DNA of 63,827 nucleotides, filler included, from Choristocarpus tenellus KU-1152 (lineage: Eukaryota; Protista; Phaeophyceae), in NCBI GenBank assembly GCA_964200185.2. It is 6 parts of 6 records of this genome, joined end to end, with 100 filler letters (N's around TTAATTAATTAA, not from the genome) between each part and the next. Parts side by side here need not be neighbours in the genome. Positions count along the whole stretch, not along the records: positions 26,051 to 53,938 come from CAXNAD020000137.1; positions 54,039 to 60,697 come from CAXNAD020007631.1; positions 60,798 to 63,827 come from CAXNAD020022819.1; 3 more parts are not named here. One strand, written 5' to 3'. The position numbers and the translations under genes are program-made. The notes beneath the pieces are model-generated. The model had not been told where the DNA came from. It searched no databases and saw nothing but the letters and a program-made list of their open reading frames with translations. This document shows positions 47,801 to 60,877 of the stretch, in pieces (position 1 is the stretch's first letter; each line of letters opens with the position of its first letter).

Positions 47801-50800
47801 CTCGCTATAGCAGTTTTGTCTTCCTAGTAGTGGTTGCCTACTACTAGACTCTAACCTCAGTTGCATCCATGCTCTGTTGATCAAGACAGTTAATCCCACA
47901 AAAAGATGTTTAGGTGTGTCTTATTATTTTGTGTGTAACCTTTGGCGGCAGTCTACACTTCTTTATTCCCCACTTGTGTTACTCTTTTGGACACAAAGGT
48001 TGGAGCAGAGGCTCTGGAGCGTGTTGCTCAGACTCTGGGGCATCGCTCGTCTCTGCCGGTTTGCTTTGATCTTGTGGCAAATGTACTGGGACAGGGTCGA
48101 TGGAAGGAGCAGCATGCAGCTCTTAGTGCTCTGGGTTCCCTTGCTCACTGTAAGTGTTCAAATTGTTGGTTAGATTTTACCAGTAGTATGGATAGCACCT
48201 ATAGTTAATATGTACTTAGGGTTAGGGTTAGTATTAGCATTGATGCTGTTGTGATGTGGTTAAAATGATAGTGCTGGCAAGTTTGAGGATTGGGGGTGTA
48301 GCAATGGAGTTGAGAGTAGTTTTGGTGTGGGTGGAGGACTGAGTTCTAGTGTCAAAAACCCTAACCCTTTCAAACAGTGTATCATGTGACAAGATAGGTT
48401 TTAATGTTTTTGGTGTGATTGGGTGAGGGTTGTGTATGATGGCTGTTTCACTGTTTATAGAGCAGAAGGCGTGTATTGATTATGTGTCTCATCTTACAGA
48501 CGGCACAGCAGTGTTTTCATTATTTTATACAGATTTTATCCGATTAGTACATTTATTTTGATTGAGGTTTGAACTGGCTCTTTATGTGAAAGTACTTAAC
48601 ATTATCTTTTTCATTGCTTGGTCTACAGTCCTCCGGTTGGTTTCCTCTTCTAACAGTGTTAGTTTTGTACCACATGAGTCTATCGATAATACCATTACTG
48701 TTGTAGTCCGGAGTGCTTATTAGTCTCTTCGTAGATTCACAAAGCTCCTCTTGAAGAATAGTACTCCCCATCTGTAGTGTTTTTGAATTGTGTACCAGTT
48801 GGTGGTTTGTTTCTAGGTGAGATGATATTTGGATGTCACAACTGTGGCTCTGATCGATTGCGGTGACAACAGGCCCAACAAGATGTATGGTAGGTTTATT
48901 GATCCAATTCTCTCCCCCTACACACATCATGTATGGTAGGATTGTTGATCCAATTCTCTCCCCCTACACACATCATGTATGGTAGGATTGTTGATCCACT
49001 TCTCTCCCCCTACACACATCATGCTCAATCCTGTAATAAAAAAAGTTAGTCTATTTTGTTGAAATTTTGTTTGTTTTTGAAAGGCCTTGATACATTTCAG
49101 GTTAGATTGTATCTCCTTCTGTAGATTTTGAACGGGTTTGTTTCCATCATGTAAACATAATTATTATCTGGGGATATTGCAATATTTAACAGCTTTGAAC
49201 ACCCTCTTCCCCCCTCTTCCCCCCTCTCCCCTCTCCCCTCCCTACATTGTATTGTATTGTATTGTATTTACTGCAAACACTTGTTTAATGCCATCAGTAT
49301 TGAGCCAGGTATCGGGGGAAGAGGGGGAAAGACTGAGGGAACAAGCGTTGACAAGCATCATCCCTTTTTTGGAACACACACATCCAAGAGTGAGGCATGC
49401 AGCCTTGGAGGCCCTGGCCCATACAGCTGTGGAACAGGGTGCATCGGAGACGCTTTCCTCCCCAAGCGGCAAGTTGGCCCCTTTCAAAGACCTTCCATTT
49501 TCCTCTTAAAATGTTTGTTCTGGCCTGCTTTTGTTTAACTTTTGTGGGTGACCTCTATCAGTGTGAACTGTGAACAGTAGAGATTAGTATGTGGTGGTTT
49601 TGAAAATAGACTCGATCATCTTGTTGGTCCATGTTTTGGAGAGTTGGGGAATGCCTTTATCATGTTGTTACAGTGTGTGGTAGGGCCACATCTAGGTTTT
49701 TGGTTGGTTGAGATAGGGTTCCTGGTAAAGGATCGTGCAAAGAGCTTGTTGATATCCTAGGTTTGTGTAGGCTGTTTGTATGCTTGTGCTTGTACTGAGT
49801 TGTAAATACAGTTTGTACTGTCATCTGGTTCACTCTTGAAAAGCTTGTGTATATATTCTATAGTACTTCCTACTGGTACCAATATATTGGGGCCAGTATC
49901 AGCGGTCCAGCATAAAATAAAAAACAGTAGGTTTCATCATTTGCCTCATACTAAAAATCTATTAACCTCTTTACCCACACAGATCCTCAGGAGAACCGGA
50001 TGGGCACTATACTTTCAGGACTGTTATCTTCCTTGAACAAAGGGGGAGACACGCCTACTAGGGTTGTGGCACACGCTTGTGTAGCACTTGTGAATGTCCT
50101 TGATGCTTGCCCACAAGGTGTTCTTCACCCATACATCAATACCATCTTGGAAAGGTCGGTACTCAGTGAGAGCAGTTGAGATCATGGCGGTAGTTAGTTG
50201 GTGGTGCTGGTTTGCCTTGGTTAGTTGGTTTGAAGGTTGGAGTATATTGTTCTTGTGAATTATGTGCTGGTGGGGTGATTTCAGTAGGTTTCTCCTCTGC
50301 TGTCCCCCCATACACACCACACTGTTGTTGTGTGCACCTTTGAAGGTGTGTGGGTATATTACTCTCAGTTTGGGGGCTTCCATTTTACATTGTGGTTCTG
50401 GGAGAGTGTGATTGGTTGTTTGTGGTGTAGTGTACACATATTTTATCTTGGTATGTTGTGATCTGTTTATACATTATATAGTATTAGATAAGTACATGTA
50501 TTGACTTGAGCACAATGCGGGTTTGCTTGTAGAGTGTCATACTGTGAGAGGAAATACTAGACGGTTTCACTGCAGCATGTCACCGGTTGGATGTGTAGCC
50601 CAAGATAGTGGATATTGGTGGGTTGCACCATTAAGGTGTGGTGACATCATTAGTAATATTACTATGTTCTTGATACTTTTTTGATATTGCCTGACATGCT
50701 GTAGATCTGTGTCCTTGGCTACTCTTTCCTTTGTGGATGGAAATGATTGGCAGATGTATCATCTTACTGCAGGTGGGACCCCTTATGGTGCAGGAGAGGA

Positions 50801-53006
50801 CCATCAGTGTGGTTTCCAGCATGGCTGAGGCTGCACAGTATGATTTCGGTCCATTCTATGCTGTCATCATGCCTCTGCTCAAGCAGGTAGGGCTACCTTA
50901 TCGGTTGCCAGCAATAACTGTCATGGCAGTGAGGCTATTCCTTGGACCATGTCTTTTTTTCTGGTCAAGTGTGCTTATGATGTTGTGTTTGATGAGATAC
51001 TTTTCAAGCACTCTCTATATATGTGTGTGTAAGACAGACAGACATGCACAGGCCTTTGTACACATCTTGTTGTGAAGTGTGGATGTCGTGAACAGAAGGT
51101 CAAATGGAATACTCTGAGTCTACATATCCTAAGTACACTTACGTTGCTTTATTGATTGGCTACTGTTACCGCTTGACCGCAGTTTGCTGTTTGGATCAGA
51201 CTGCTCACATTTCCTGTGGTACTACTATGCCCAAATCAAAAGTACTCCACTCCACGGCATTTATGCCACTGTGCCCTCTCCCCACCCCCAACTCCTACCC
51301 CATCATTTGTGTCCAGATACTGAGCAGATGTAACAGCCTAGAGCAACGCCTTCTTCGTGGGAAAACCCTGGAATGTGTGTCCCTTGTGGGTGCCACGGTG
51401 GGCAAGGAGAGGTGGGTTCTTCGTGGGCACGTTTTTGGTGCGCCATCCTGTTGGGATGAACCATGTCTCATTTGCCAGCATGTGATTTGTTGCGCCTTGG
51501 TGTAACTGCTGTTGAGTGTAACTGCCGTTCAGTTGTGTTTATTACGTGTATGTGGTGTGCAGGTTTGGTGTGGATGCATTGGCGGTGATGGATGCCATGG
51601 TGCAGGCTCAGGCGGGCGGGCTTGAGGATGATGATCCCACCAAGGTGTACATGCTGAGGGCATGGGTTAGAATATGGTAAGAGAGGGATGAGGGTGTGTG
51701 TGTGTGAGGGATGGGGTTGGTGATGTGCTCAACTGCAAGGTTGTTGCTGTACCTAACATACTCACAAGTGTATGGTGTGAGTTTTAGTTGTTGGGACTCT
51801 CTATCTACGTGGATTTCATCTTATTGGTAGCACCTCTGATTACACATTCTTTTTACACACAATAGCACAGTTCATACCGACTTTAGTGAGATTTAAAGTA
51901 TAATTTGCTGGGACTTGAGAAGCAATGCACCTCTTTTGTGTCTGCTGCATCTCCTGACCTGTGACAACCTATCTGTCTCCCTTGGTCCAAGAGTGTTGGG
52001 CCTTGTAGTGGTGGGTTTGTCCCCCTCCTCCCCCCTCTCCCAGAAGCACAACTGTCTCGTATGTGGACAGTGATCTGGTGTATGCATCTCACTTGTATCC
52101 CCAAATCATTGACTTGTGTTAACTTGTAATGTATAATATGTGTATTGTTTGGAAAGTTGTTTTCTTTGTTTTTGGTGGGTCTAACTTGTCTAATTTATCT
52201 ATTTTATCTAATTTTTCGAGGATAAATCATCTTCCGTCTGGGGTCGGCCTAGATGGGCCTTTGACCCCAAGGCGTCCAAACACCTCGTATATAAACACCT
52301 CCCTAACCCTATCAATTGATTGATAGTGGTGTGTGTTGAGGGCTGTCAATGCTTGAATCTCATCAATGCCTTTGGGGGCTTTGAACTCCTCACTGGTGCT
52401 TGGGCAGCTTGTCGGACACTTGTGTCCTCAACGGGATTTTTTTTGTTTTTATAGAAGAAGACGTGGCAGTGGTGTGTGCGTTTATGAATTGATTAGATTC
52501 TTGTCATGAAATGAACCGTATTTTGGTCCTTTTGCCATTACCACATGCTGTGGTGGGGATAGTCCCACAGTGCTCTTTTGTGCTTTGGTTACACTTGATT
52601 GAAATTGGAAGTTGGGTGAACAACCGGGGAGTGTTTGTTTCTGTAATTTTTTTATGCTTTGTCTGTTGGTTTGGTAGAAATTGTTACAAGGGGTATGGCT
52701 GGACTAGTCGTTGTCATCAACATCAGATGAGACAGGTGTTCCTCTGCTCACCTCCCCTCCCCCTAGTGTGCAGCTCACGTTCTACCTCAAAACCTCCGAA
52801 TTACCTTGCGACCATCTCCTGTAAAATTAATTTTGACAAGGACACCTGGCTTCAAGGAAAAATGAAATTCCCTCTTTTCCCAACCCTGGTGCCCCATGAT
52901 TCTGTGGTTTTGATGTATGATGTTGAGCAGCAAATGCCTTGGTGAGGACTTCGCTCCTTATCTACCACTGGTAATACCTCCTCTTCTGACCTCTGCTGCA
53001 GCAAAG
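41835..53006 (+). CDS. IPO5: Importin-5 / karyopherin beta-3 (IPO5/Kap121-like), 3' partial
   Basis: Exons (41835-41901), 42054-42196, 43403-43594, 44054-44323, 45036-45201, 45677-45801, 46359-46613, 47140-47205, 47999-48149, 49309-~49438, 49983-50154, 50754-50886, 51317-51411, 51563-51676 and 52931-53006. HEAT-repeat motifs: LLQALTSKDNVSRNQAE, WPELLPFL, VRHLGLEFLVSLVE, HPRVRHAA, RLLRGKTLECVSLVGATVGKERF, YMLRAWVRICKCLGEDFAPYLPLVIPPLL. Confidence 0.93.
48883..49023 (+). repeat. 46-bp minisatellite, three copies, intronic
   Basis: Units start at 48883, 48929 and 48975 (atgtatggtagg..ttgatcca.ttctctccccctacacacatc), abutting with no spacers. Confidence 0.92.
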
Positions 53007-53938
53007 GTGGGTACTAACACTTAACACTTAATACTCGGTAACTGCTAGTTTGGAATACAAAAGGCCTCACAATCTCTGTGTAGTTTGTGTATTAGTGCTG
53101 TGCTTGGTTTTATATGATGTACCTGTGATTGTGTGCCTCGCTGGTGCTTCCGACGTATGTATGTTTTGTCGGTGGAAAGTGTCTCATGCTAAAGTACCCC
53201 TTAAGGTGTCCTTGTTTCCAGTCGCTAGTGTTCATGATACTTGTCTTGTTTCTACTTGAGTTATTAGTTACATAACAATTGCCCATTTTGGTAGTGTCTG
53301 AGTAGTCTTTGTGTGTCTGTGACAAAAACAGTGCAACCCTTACTCTTGTCGCCACCGGTGGTGCAACTTGTGGTTTACCATGTGTAAGGTACTGTGGAAG
53401 TGTTTTCAAGAGTTTAGTAGTGCCTTAGAGTTGCGATGTTAGCATTAATTATTACCAGTATAATTTATATTGATAGAGTCAATCACGAGTGGTACTCAGT
53501 TGGTAGTGAAGTGTGAAAGCTCTTGCATTTAAAAATAAAAATAAATTTTGGAAAAAACATTTTTGTAAACAAATACAAAAATTCAACAACAAAAATCGCC
53601 TTATAACAAAGGCGCTAATATACTGTAATTAAATAAAAAGGATCAATTTGTATTTGATTGATCAATAGAATAGTATATCATAACAGACCATTTTACAAAT
53701 TGAGGGTCTATAGTATCATTTTTGAATTGGTTGTAAGACAACATTGTAATAGATGCATTTTGGTAAAATACGGAAGAATAGTTAGGGATGGTAAACCAGA
53801 TAAAATTATACCTTTGTACAATTCGGGGAATTATTAATGTTTAAACATGTTTTTACAAATAAGTATTGGAACGGCATAGTACTTTTAACACAAATTTCGA
53901 TATGAATATAAAGATATTGTAAAAACTTATCTTTATCC

Positions 53939-54038
53939 NNNNNNNNNNNNNNNNNNNNNNNNNNNNNNNNNNNNNNNNNNNNTTAATTAATTAANNNNNN
54001 NNNNNNNNNNNNNNNNNNNNNNNNNNNNNNNNNNNNNN
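53939..54038. other. Artificial contig linker
   Basis: N44-TTAATTAATTAA-N44. Confidence 0.98.
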
Positions 54039-56105
54039 GTGTTTTTTTTGCTGGTGGTGGGGAGGGTAGGGCTGTTGGGCGCGAAATGGGGGGGGGGGTA
54101 TACTTGGGGTTGAGAAAAAAGAAAAAAAAAGAGGTAGGGTATTGGGAGTTGGGTTACTGTAGGGATAGGTATTTGTTAGGTTTGACTGGGGCAGCATCAG
54201 GTTCGGGTTCGGGTTAGGGTTAGGGTTAGCTTTTTTAGGCCAGAGATTCTTTTTTATTTTCTCAATTGAACTGTCTACACACGAGGGATGCGTGCTGAAC
54301 ACACAACACACATAGGTTGCCAGGTTACTATCAGGTGTGGTGTTGCAAGGTAGAAAAGGTTTCCCCGGATGGAATGGTATCACCTACCATTCTGAAGGAT
54401 GGATGGATAGGTGGTATTTTTTAGTTTGAATTCTTTTCTCTTTTGTCTTTTCTGTATTGACAGAGTTGGACTATGATGGTACATCTCCTGTAGTGGTATC
54501 TGATGATGGTGGACTATTGGTCATTTGCGTCTTCTCCTAAAGGATGAAGTATAATGATAGTGGGTGAGGGGTTGACTGTGAGGAGTGAATGTGGATTTAT
54601 TGTGATTGTTTCAATGCACTTCTTGACTTTCTACTATTTGCGGTTGTAGCATTAATGCAATGTCTCTGAAGGTCATGTTCCATATTAGAGGACACTGACT
54701 AAATGCAATAGAATGTTTGGAGTTGTGAGTTTTGGGTGTAATAGTATAATAGTAGTGACGCTAGTATTATGTATATATATCCAAAAATAGACATAAGGAG
54801 TACCGAATAACCTAACAGTTTCAGTTTTTTATCAGTTACTGTCGTGATTGTTTTCAATTCAATTAACTGAACACGACTAAATTGTTGGTGTTCGCAACAT
54901 TAACAAATAAAAACACACACACACACACGCGCGCACACACATAGGTATGTATCAACCCACACATGGACTTGATGAAGGGGTTAGGGGGTTGGATGCTTTG
55001 GACACCATTAAGGCTCGAAGCACTCTCTTCAACAGTCACTCACTCACTCAGTCAAGGAGTCTATATTTTTGGTTTAATCTTTGCTGAATGACTGACTGGT
55101 TGGCTTAGGCTTAGGAGTTTTATTTTTTCTATCTGAAAAGAAAAAAAGAGCTCTTTGGATATCGATTTTTTTTACCACAGTGCTCGTGACAAAAAAAGTT
55201 AGGACTAGGGTTAGGGTAGGGTTAGGGTTAGGGTTGCAGAGGTGCAAAAGTGGGCACCTCACCCACTGTAGATGGATAGTTTGATAGTTGATTGCACTGA
55301 TTCCGATGAACCTGATATACATAGTCTGACATGGTCAAGTCTCACTGAAAATGTCTGCTTAGGATGTCAGTTTTTTGTTGGGCGTTGAAAATGCCCCTGG
55401 AGGTGATTTTTATTTGTGTTGTATTGTCAGTGATGGTGTCGTGGATGGCCTTGTAGTGGGGCTATTCTCTTGAGTAAAGTGATCATTTTTGCAACTTGTC
55501 TATCGCTGGTCATTGTCAGCCAGGCAGTACCTCATGTTGGTTCTACTTAGATCTCCCCATTGAGTGTTTCCAGATTGGAGTGCTTGATAAGCAGGTGTAG
55601 TTGAAGTTGCAGGTTGGAACAAACTCTTGTCCACTTGATATTGTGAATTTTAGAGATTGGATGGCAGTAAATTTAATGTGACAGTATCACCAGTTGTCAC
55701 AAAAATAAAAATAAAAAGGTTTTGTTTCTTTTTATTCTGTTTTATTTTATTTTGCGGGTTTGTTTGTTACCTTTATGCCTGCTGTGCTATGAACTCCATG
55801 GATATTTCCTGGTGGCAGTATCTCGCCTTGCTTCACATGATGTATCAACATATTTTTAGTTTTCTTACACCAAACCTTTCCATTCCTGTCTCTACATACA
55901 GTGCAAGTTACTTGTAAGTGCGCATTGTCAGTACACTGTCAATCCCCCCCCCCCATCTCTTCCCACCTGACTGGAACCCGCATGACATCTGCAAATGTGT
56001 ATGTGTGTTTGTGTGCCTGTTGGTGGTGGGATGGACCCACAATGTAACTGTCGACCCACAATGTAACTGTCGATTTATGTGTTATTGGTTTGGTGGATGA
56101 TGCAG

Positions 56106-58195
56106 AGAGGGTGTGAATGGACTGGCTGTTCCAGAGAGTTGTCGGGTAGTGGGGCGGCTTCTACGTGGGGGTAGAGGGGCAGGGCAAGATCTGACAATTA
56201 TCCGGTGAGCACTGATGACTGGGGCAGGGGCAGGGGCAGGAGGGGGTCTTTTTTTGTGATGTAATTAAATGTGGATTATTATTGTGGAGGACTTGTCTAT
56301 TCTTGGGACCTTTTAGAGCTAGGAATGGTTTCTGTGACCCCTAAAATACGAAGTAGTATTGTTCCCCCATAGGCATGTACCAGGTGGTGTCAGTGCTTTT
56401 AATGGCCTAGTTTTTTTTCTTCTATTTTTTATTTTATTTTCTGGAGCGGATTATGAAATAAATAAAATAAATCAAAGCTTTTTAAACAACAGTTTTTGTA
56501 TGTTTCCTTTGAATAAATAGATTACATTAATGCCTATTCTGACCAAAAATATATATAATTATGTAATTATATATTTTTTTCAAGCATCTCATGTCAAGTA
56601 TGTCAAGAGTCAATGAGTTCAAACATGAGCGATACATGAAATGAAAACTTAGAATGTGTTATCTGAAAATATGGTGTACAAAACTGTTTGCACTGTAAGT
56701 TTGTGTAACCTGTTCATCTCATAACCCTTCTTGCTAGTTATGTTGTGGACTTTAATGTTATTTACGGATTATGGCATACTTAGGTGTGTTTCAGATTTGA
56801 AATCTTGTTAGGTGCAAAAATCTTACTAATGCCATTGTACACTGCCAGTACTTTTTGTACAAGGTCATCAAAGGTGGTGGAACAAATAGTGATGCAGCAG
56901 TAGTGATAGCTACCCCCAAATATCAAACTTCCAAAAAAAGCCTTCCCCCTCCCCATCCCCCCTTGTGCCCTTCCTCTTATTTTGCATTATTTGTTTTTGC
57001 CTACTCCCCCCTCCCCCATGACAGGTACCCTCCAGCCTGCCACCTTCTGTGTTTAAGGGTTGGGGGAGAAAGCATTGGGGATATGTCATCATGTGGTGAT
57101 GAAGGTCGAATACAGAAAGGGCAATCTTCAAAGGGGAAGAGCCGGGCTATGCATGGGCAGAGGATGGTGGAGTGGCTGCAGGTGATAAGTTTTTATTTTA
57201 ATTGCTATTAAGATTGTTTTGTCTTTTTATGTTCACATCGATCTTGAGGGGTACATTGAATTCAAAATACTTTTGTTATCAGTTAATCTATTATCTGTTA
57301 TCTCCACCAACCTACTATCATGTTATTGAAGGCTATTACGTGGCGCCTTCCCGATGTAAAACCATACAACACCCCCCCTCCCTGCCCTCAGCTCATGGTC
57401 ACAGTCACAGTCATCCCAGCGATTGTGCTTCCCCCCTCCATATTTGTTTTGTGCCTTATCTCAGCTTTGATCATGCCTTCATTAGATTTATCAACTCCTG
57501 AGTGGTGCTTGGTCTTACGCATCATCCACAGGTTCCCCCCCCCATGCATACATGCACTACACTTTCCTTGTCCTAACTCTAACCCTGACACTAACCCTAA
57601 CCTTATCCTCAATCTCTTTATTTTCCCTTTTAGACAAAAAGAAATGGAAATGTTGCCCACATTTTGTGCAGGACCGGGTTGGTTTATTTGCCATTCTATC
57701 ACAATGTTTATCCACAATGTTTATCCACAATGTATTTATTGTGTGGGTATGTGGTGTTGATTGACTATATTTGGTCTGGTGAAGTCCCTGGTTGAAAAGA
57801 GAGTGTCTATGAGGAGGTCCAAGTCAGAGCTACAGGCGGCCAACTCTAGGCTGGTCAAGAGCCTGCAGAGAATGGAGAAGAAGCTAAATGCACAGAACAC
57901 TAAGGTATGCCTCATATTAGGTGTATGTATCATATTAGGTGTATGTATACGTGCATATGTGTGTGTTGTACTTCTTGATGAAGAGGTTCCTGAACTGAGC
58001 TGTGTCAAGATTCCGTGCAGAGCATGTTGGGTAGTCACTGGTCACCTGTTGACCCACCTACTTACTACCCCTGCGCCAAGTGGCAAATGCCCAACCTCAG
58101 CCCTAACCCTAAATAATACTATTCATATCATGCACTGTAAGACTGGGTGTGCATTTTATTCATCCCTCTTCCTCTCAAGCATTATACTGTTTTTG

Positions 58196-58231
<36 letters not shown>

Positions 58232-60330
58232 CCATTGATAATATGTTTTGATATTAACACTATCAGTAGTGTGCCCCTTTTTGGGGTTGACTTTTGCCTG
58301 AACCCCTGCTGACCCTAACCATGAAATGTTTGTTGTCAAAAAAGGTGTTTCTTGAATGTGCCTCTTCAACATGGTCTCTGGGGGCAAGAGAGAGCTGTGT
58401 GAGCGTCCTCAAGTCATACTTTCAGGTCATGAACTGTCATATCATGTCAATGCACCGATTCACTTGTTAGTCAGTCAGCGTGTCTCTCTGTGGTTGATAA
58501 TAATAATAATTATTATTATTATTAAAGTGCCTGATGTAAATTATGAAAGGAGTTTATTTTTCTCAGTGGATGGGTACTGGGGAAAGGAATGGTATCAGTA
58601 TGACTGGGTTTCACCAAGTTTATTTTAGTTTTTATTTGTGTTATCTCACAGGCGTGGTGTTGTTTCAAAACCCCCTTTGTTTCCATCCGGTTCAGATCCT
58701 ACGCATGCATAGTCGAATGTCTGCCAACAAGGAGGACACTCACCAGGCCAACTTGAGTCAGAGACAAGACAACTATGAAATGCTGAGGTGATTTGGCTTA
58801 TAGTATGTCTTGGATTGTTGTTGTGGTGCAATAGGGTTGCCACCCTGGCTGAGGGATGGGAAGGGGGTTAATGGAGCAGGCTGTGTCTGTATTGCTTGCT
58901 ATTGTAGCACTATTTACACTGAAGTTGCTTTTGTTACATTCATTTGTTCTAGGCTGTTACTCCAGATCCTTGATTTTTATTTTTTTAATATTTTGATATA
59001 CAAAAAAATACATCAAGTATATATATATTTCTGCCTGTAGCAAGTTGTATTTGTTATTATTTTTTGGCTCTTTCCAATGCTGTCCCAATTATTATCCTCA
59101 ATTATTCAATACGCACTGTTGTGATTGACTCATCCGCCTCTCCACCTGACCACAACCCCACCCTCCCAGGCATACCCTAAAGATGCTCGAGCTAGCAGCA
59201 TTGCTCCTAAAACCAGACAGCTCTCTGTGGCTGCTTGAAACTGGTTGGTCTAAAGGTGCTACCAAGGGCTCTGTAGCCAAGCAAGGGCGAGGAAGAGGGG
59301 TAGGGCGCACGTCTGGAAGAGGCGTGTTTGGTGACATGCTACGTATTGCTTGTTCCGCCTTTCCATCTTATAGGTATGTGGAATGGCCACGTGTGGCTTG
59401 TTGCTTTATGTGTTTATTGAACCATTTATTTTGTTGAATTGTTTTGTCGGGGGCTGACCTCTTTTGATCTCTTTTGATCTCTTTTGACCTCTTTTGATCT
59501 CTCTTGTGTTACACCTTCCTTTTGCCTGTCCATTCCTTGCGTTGAATTTTTCTATGACACCCCCCACTAGTGCTACATTTAATGTTTCTTTCCCCTCTAT
59601 TCTACCTTTTGTTGCCTTTCTGTTTCTAGTTATTCAAATTCAATCCCCTCCCCCCTTCCCCTCCTTTTGTTCTGTCCTTCATCTCTTTAACATTTTCTTG
59701 GGGCTTTGCCCTTGGGCCATCTTGATTCCCTTCAACATCTAATATCTAATTTTGTTCCCCTCTGCTCGACTTCACACTCCAGTAAGTTCAAGGTTTTACT
59801 AAAGTGTTGCATTTACCTGTGAAACCTCATCAAAATAAATCAGGCTGGCCTTTTTCAAAATATTCAATGCATCCCAAATATATATGGGAATATATATATA
59901 TATATATATATTTATAGGTATTCATTAACCCAATATGCTAGTGGTGGTTGGGACAAACATTTTTGGGGTTTACTATGTCATGATGGAAAATAAATAATAA
60001 ATATTGAATCTCTCTCTCGGTCCTGTGGACTGAACAGGTTCCAGCACTTTGTAGATCTCGTCTGGAAATGTCAGAAAATGTTGATACCTGACTGACCCAT
60101 GGACCATACAGGTTCCAATATGTGGTGGATCTGGTCTAGACATACTTTAACATATTTGAACATGCTGGACTTATTCCAATCTGCGGGATGATCCCTGTGC
60201 ATCTGCCTGGCCTGATGAAGAACCCTGCAACTTGATAATTTTATGTGTTGCTCAACACAGTGTTAGAGTGCTGAATGGACTTTGCCACTTTTTTTCTGAA
60301 TATTGAGAAGTTAATTGAAAGTTACATCAG

Positions 60331-60368
<38 letters not shown>

Positions 60369-60697
60369 TTACTTGTGCTTGAGTCAGAGTAGGGAACCTG
60401 CCCTTAGGAGTGGTTTTTACCAAACCCTCCCTTCGGGGAAATTTGTGGAATTATCCCCTGTCCCACCCCTGTCCCACCCCTGTCCAACCCCTGTTTCCCA
60501 ACCCTACCACTGTTCTTCTTTATTGTTCCTGGGTTGGCCATGTGGCCCTTTGGTTGTTGCAGAGAGAGTTTTGCCCTGGTGGAGCTCCGTGGTGCAGCAC
60601 ATCACTTGAGTGATATTGTTGCAGCTGCAGGTGGAGACTCAGACTCAGATTCTTCATCTAGTGAAGAAATCCGCCCTCTGAGGAGAAGGCTGAGCGG
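56106..60697 (+). CDS. Unknown protein with a coiled-coil-like segment, internal exons only
   Basis: Phase-compatible exons 56106-56204, 57058-57181, 57785-57904, 58696-58787, 59170-59373 and 60563->60697 (e.g. SKSELQAANSRLVKSLQRMEKKLNAQNTK/ILRMHSRM). No family recognised. Confidence 0.6.
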
Positions 60698-60797
60698 NNN
60701 NNNNNNNNNNNNNNNNNNNNNNNNNNNNNNNNNNNNNNNNNTTAATTAATTAANNNNNNNNNNNNNNNNNNNNNNNNNNNNNNNNNNNNNNNNNNNN
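60698..60797. other. Artificial contig linker
   Basis: N44-TTAATTAATTAA-N44. Confidence 0.98.
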
Positions 60798-60816
60798 CCC
60801 CAAGATACTTTGGGTC

Positions 60817-60877
60817 GAAGCCAAGCCCCAAATGGACAAACAGGGAAAAACTCCTACCCTCTAAGATACTTTCACTC
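60817..60877 (+). mobile_element. Partial third MITE copy (right end) near the contig edge
   Basis: gaagccaagccccaaatggacaaacagggaaaaactcctaccctctaagatactttcactc matches the right end of the 34254 element. Confidence 0.85.

Noticed and set aside
48883-49023. CRISPR-like direct repeats
   Set aside because: Units abut without unique spacers, lie in a eukaryotic intron, and no cas genes are present; a minisatellite.
60038-60230. Possible exon with in-frame TGA (selenocysteine read-through)
   Set aside because: No redox motif or SECIS recognised, and the flanking exons join in frame without it.
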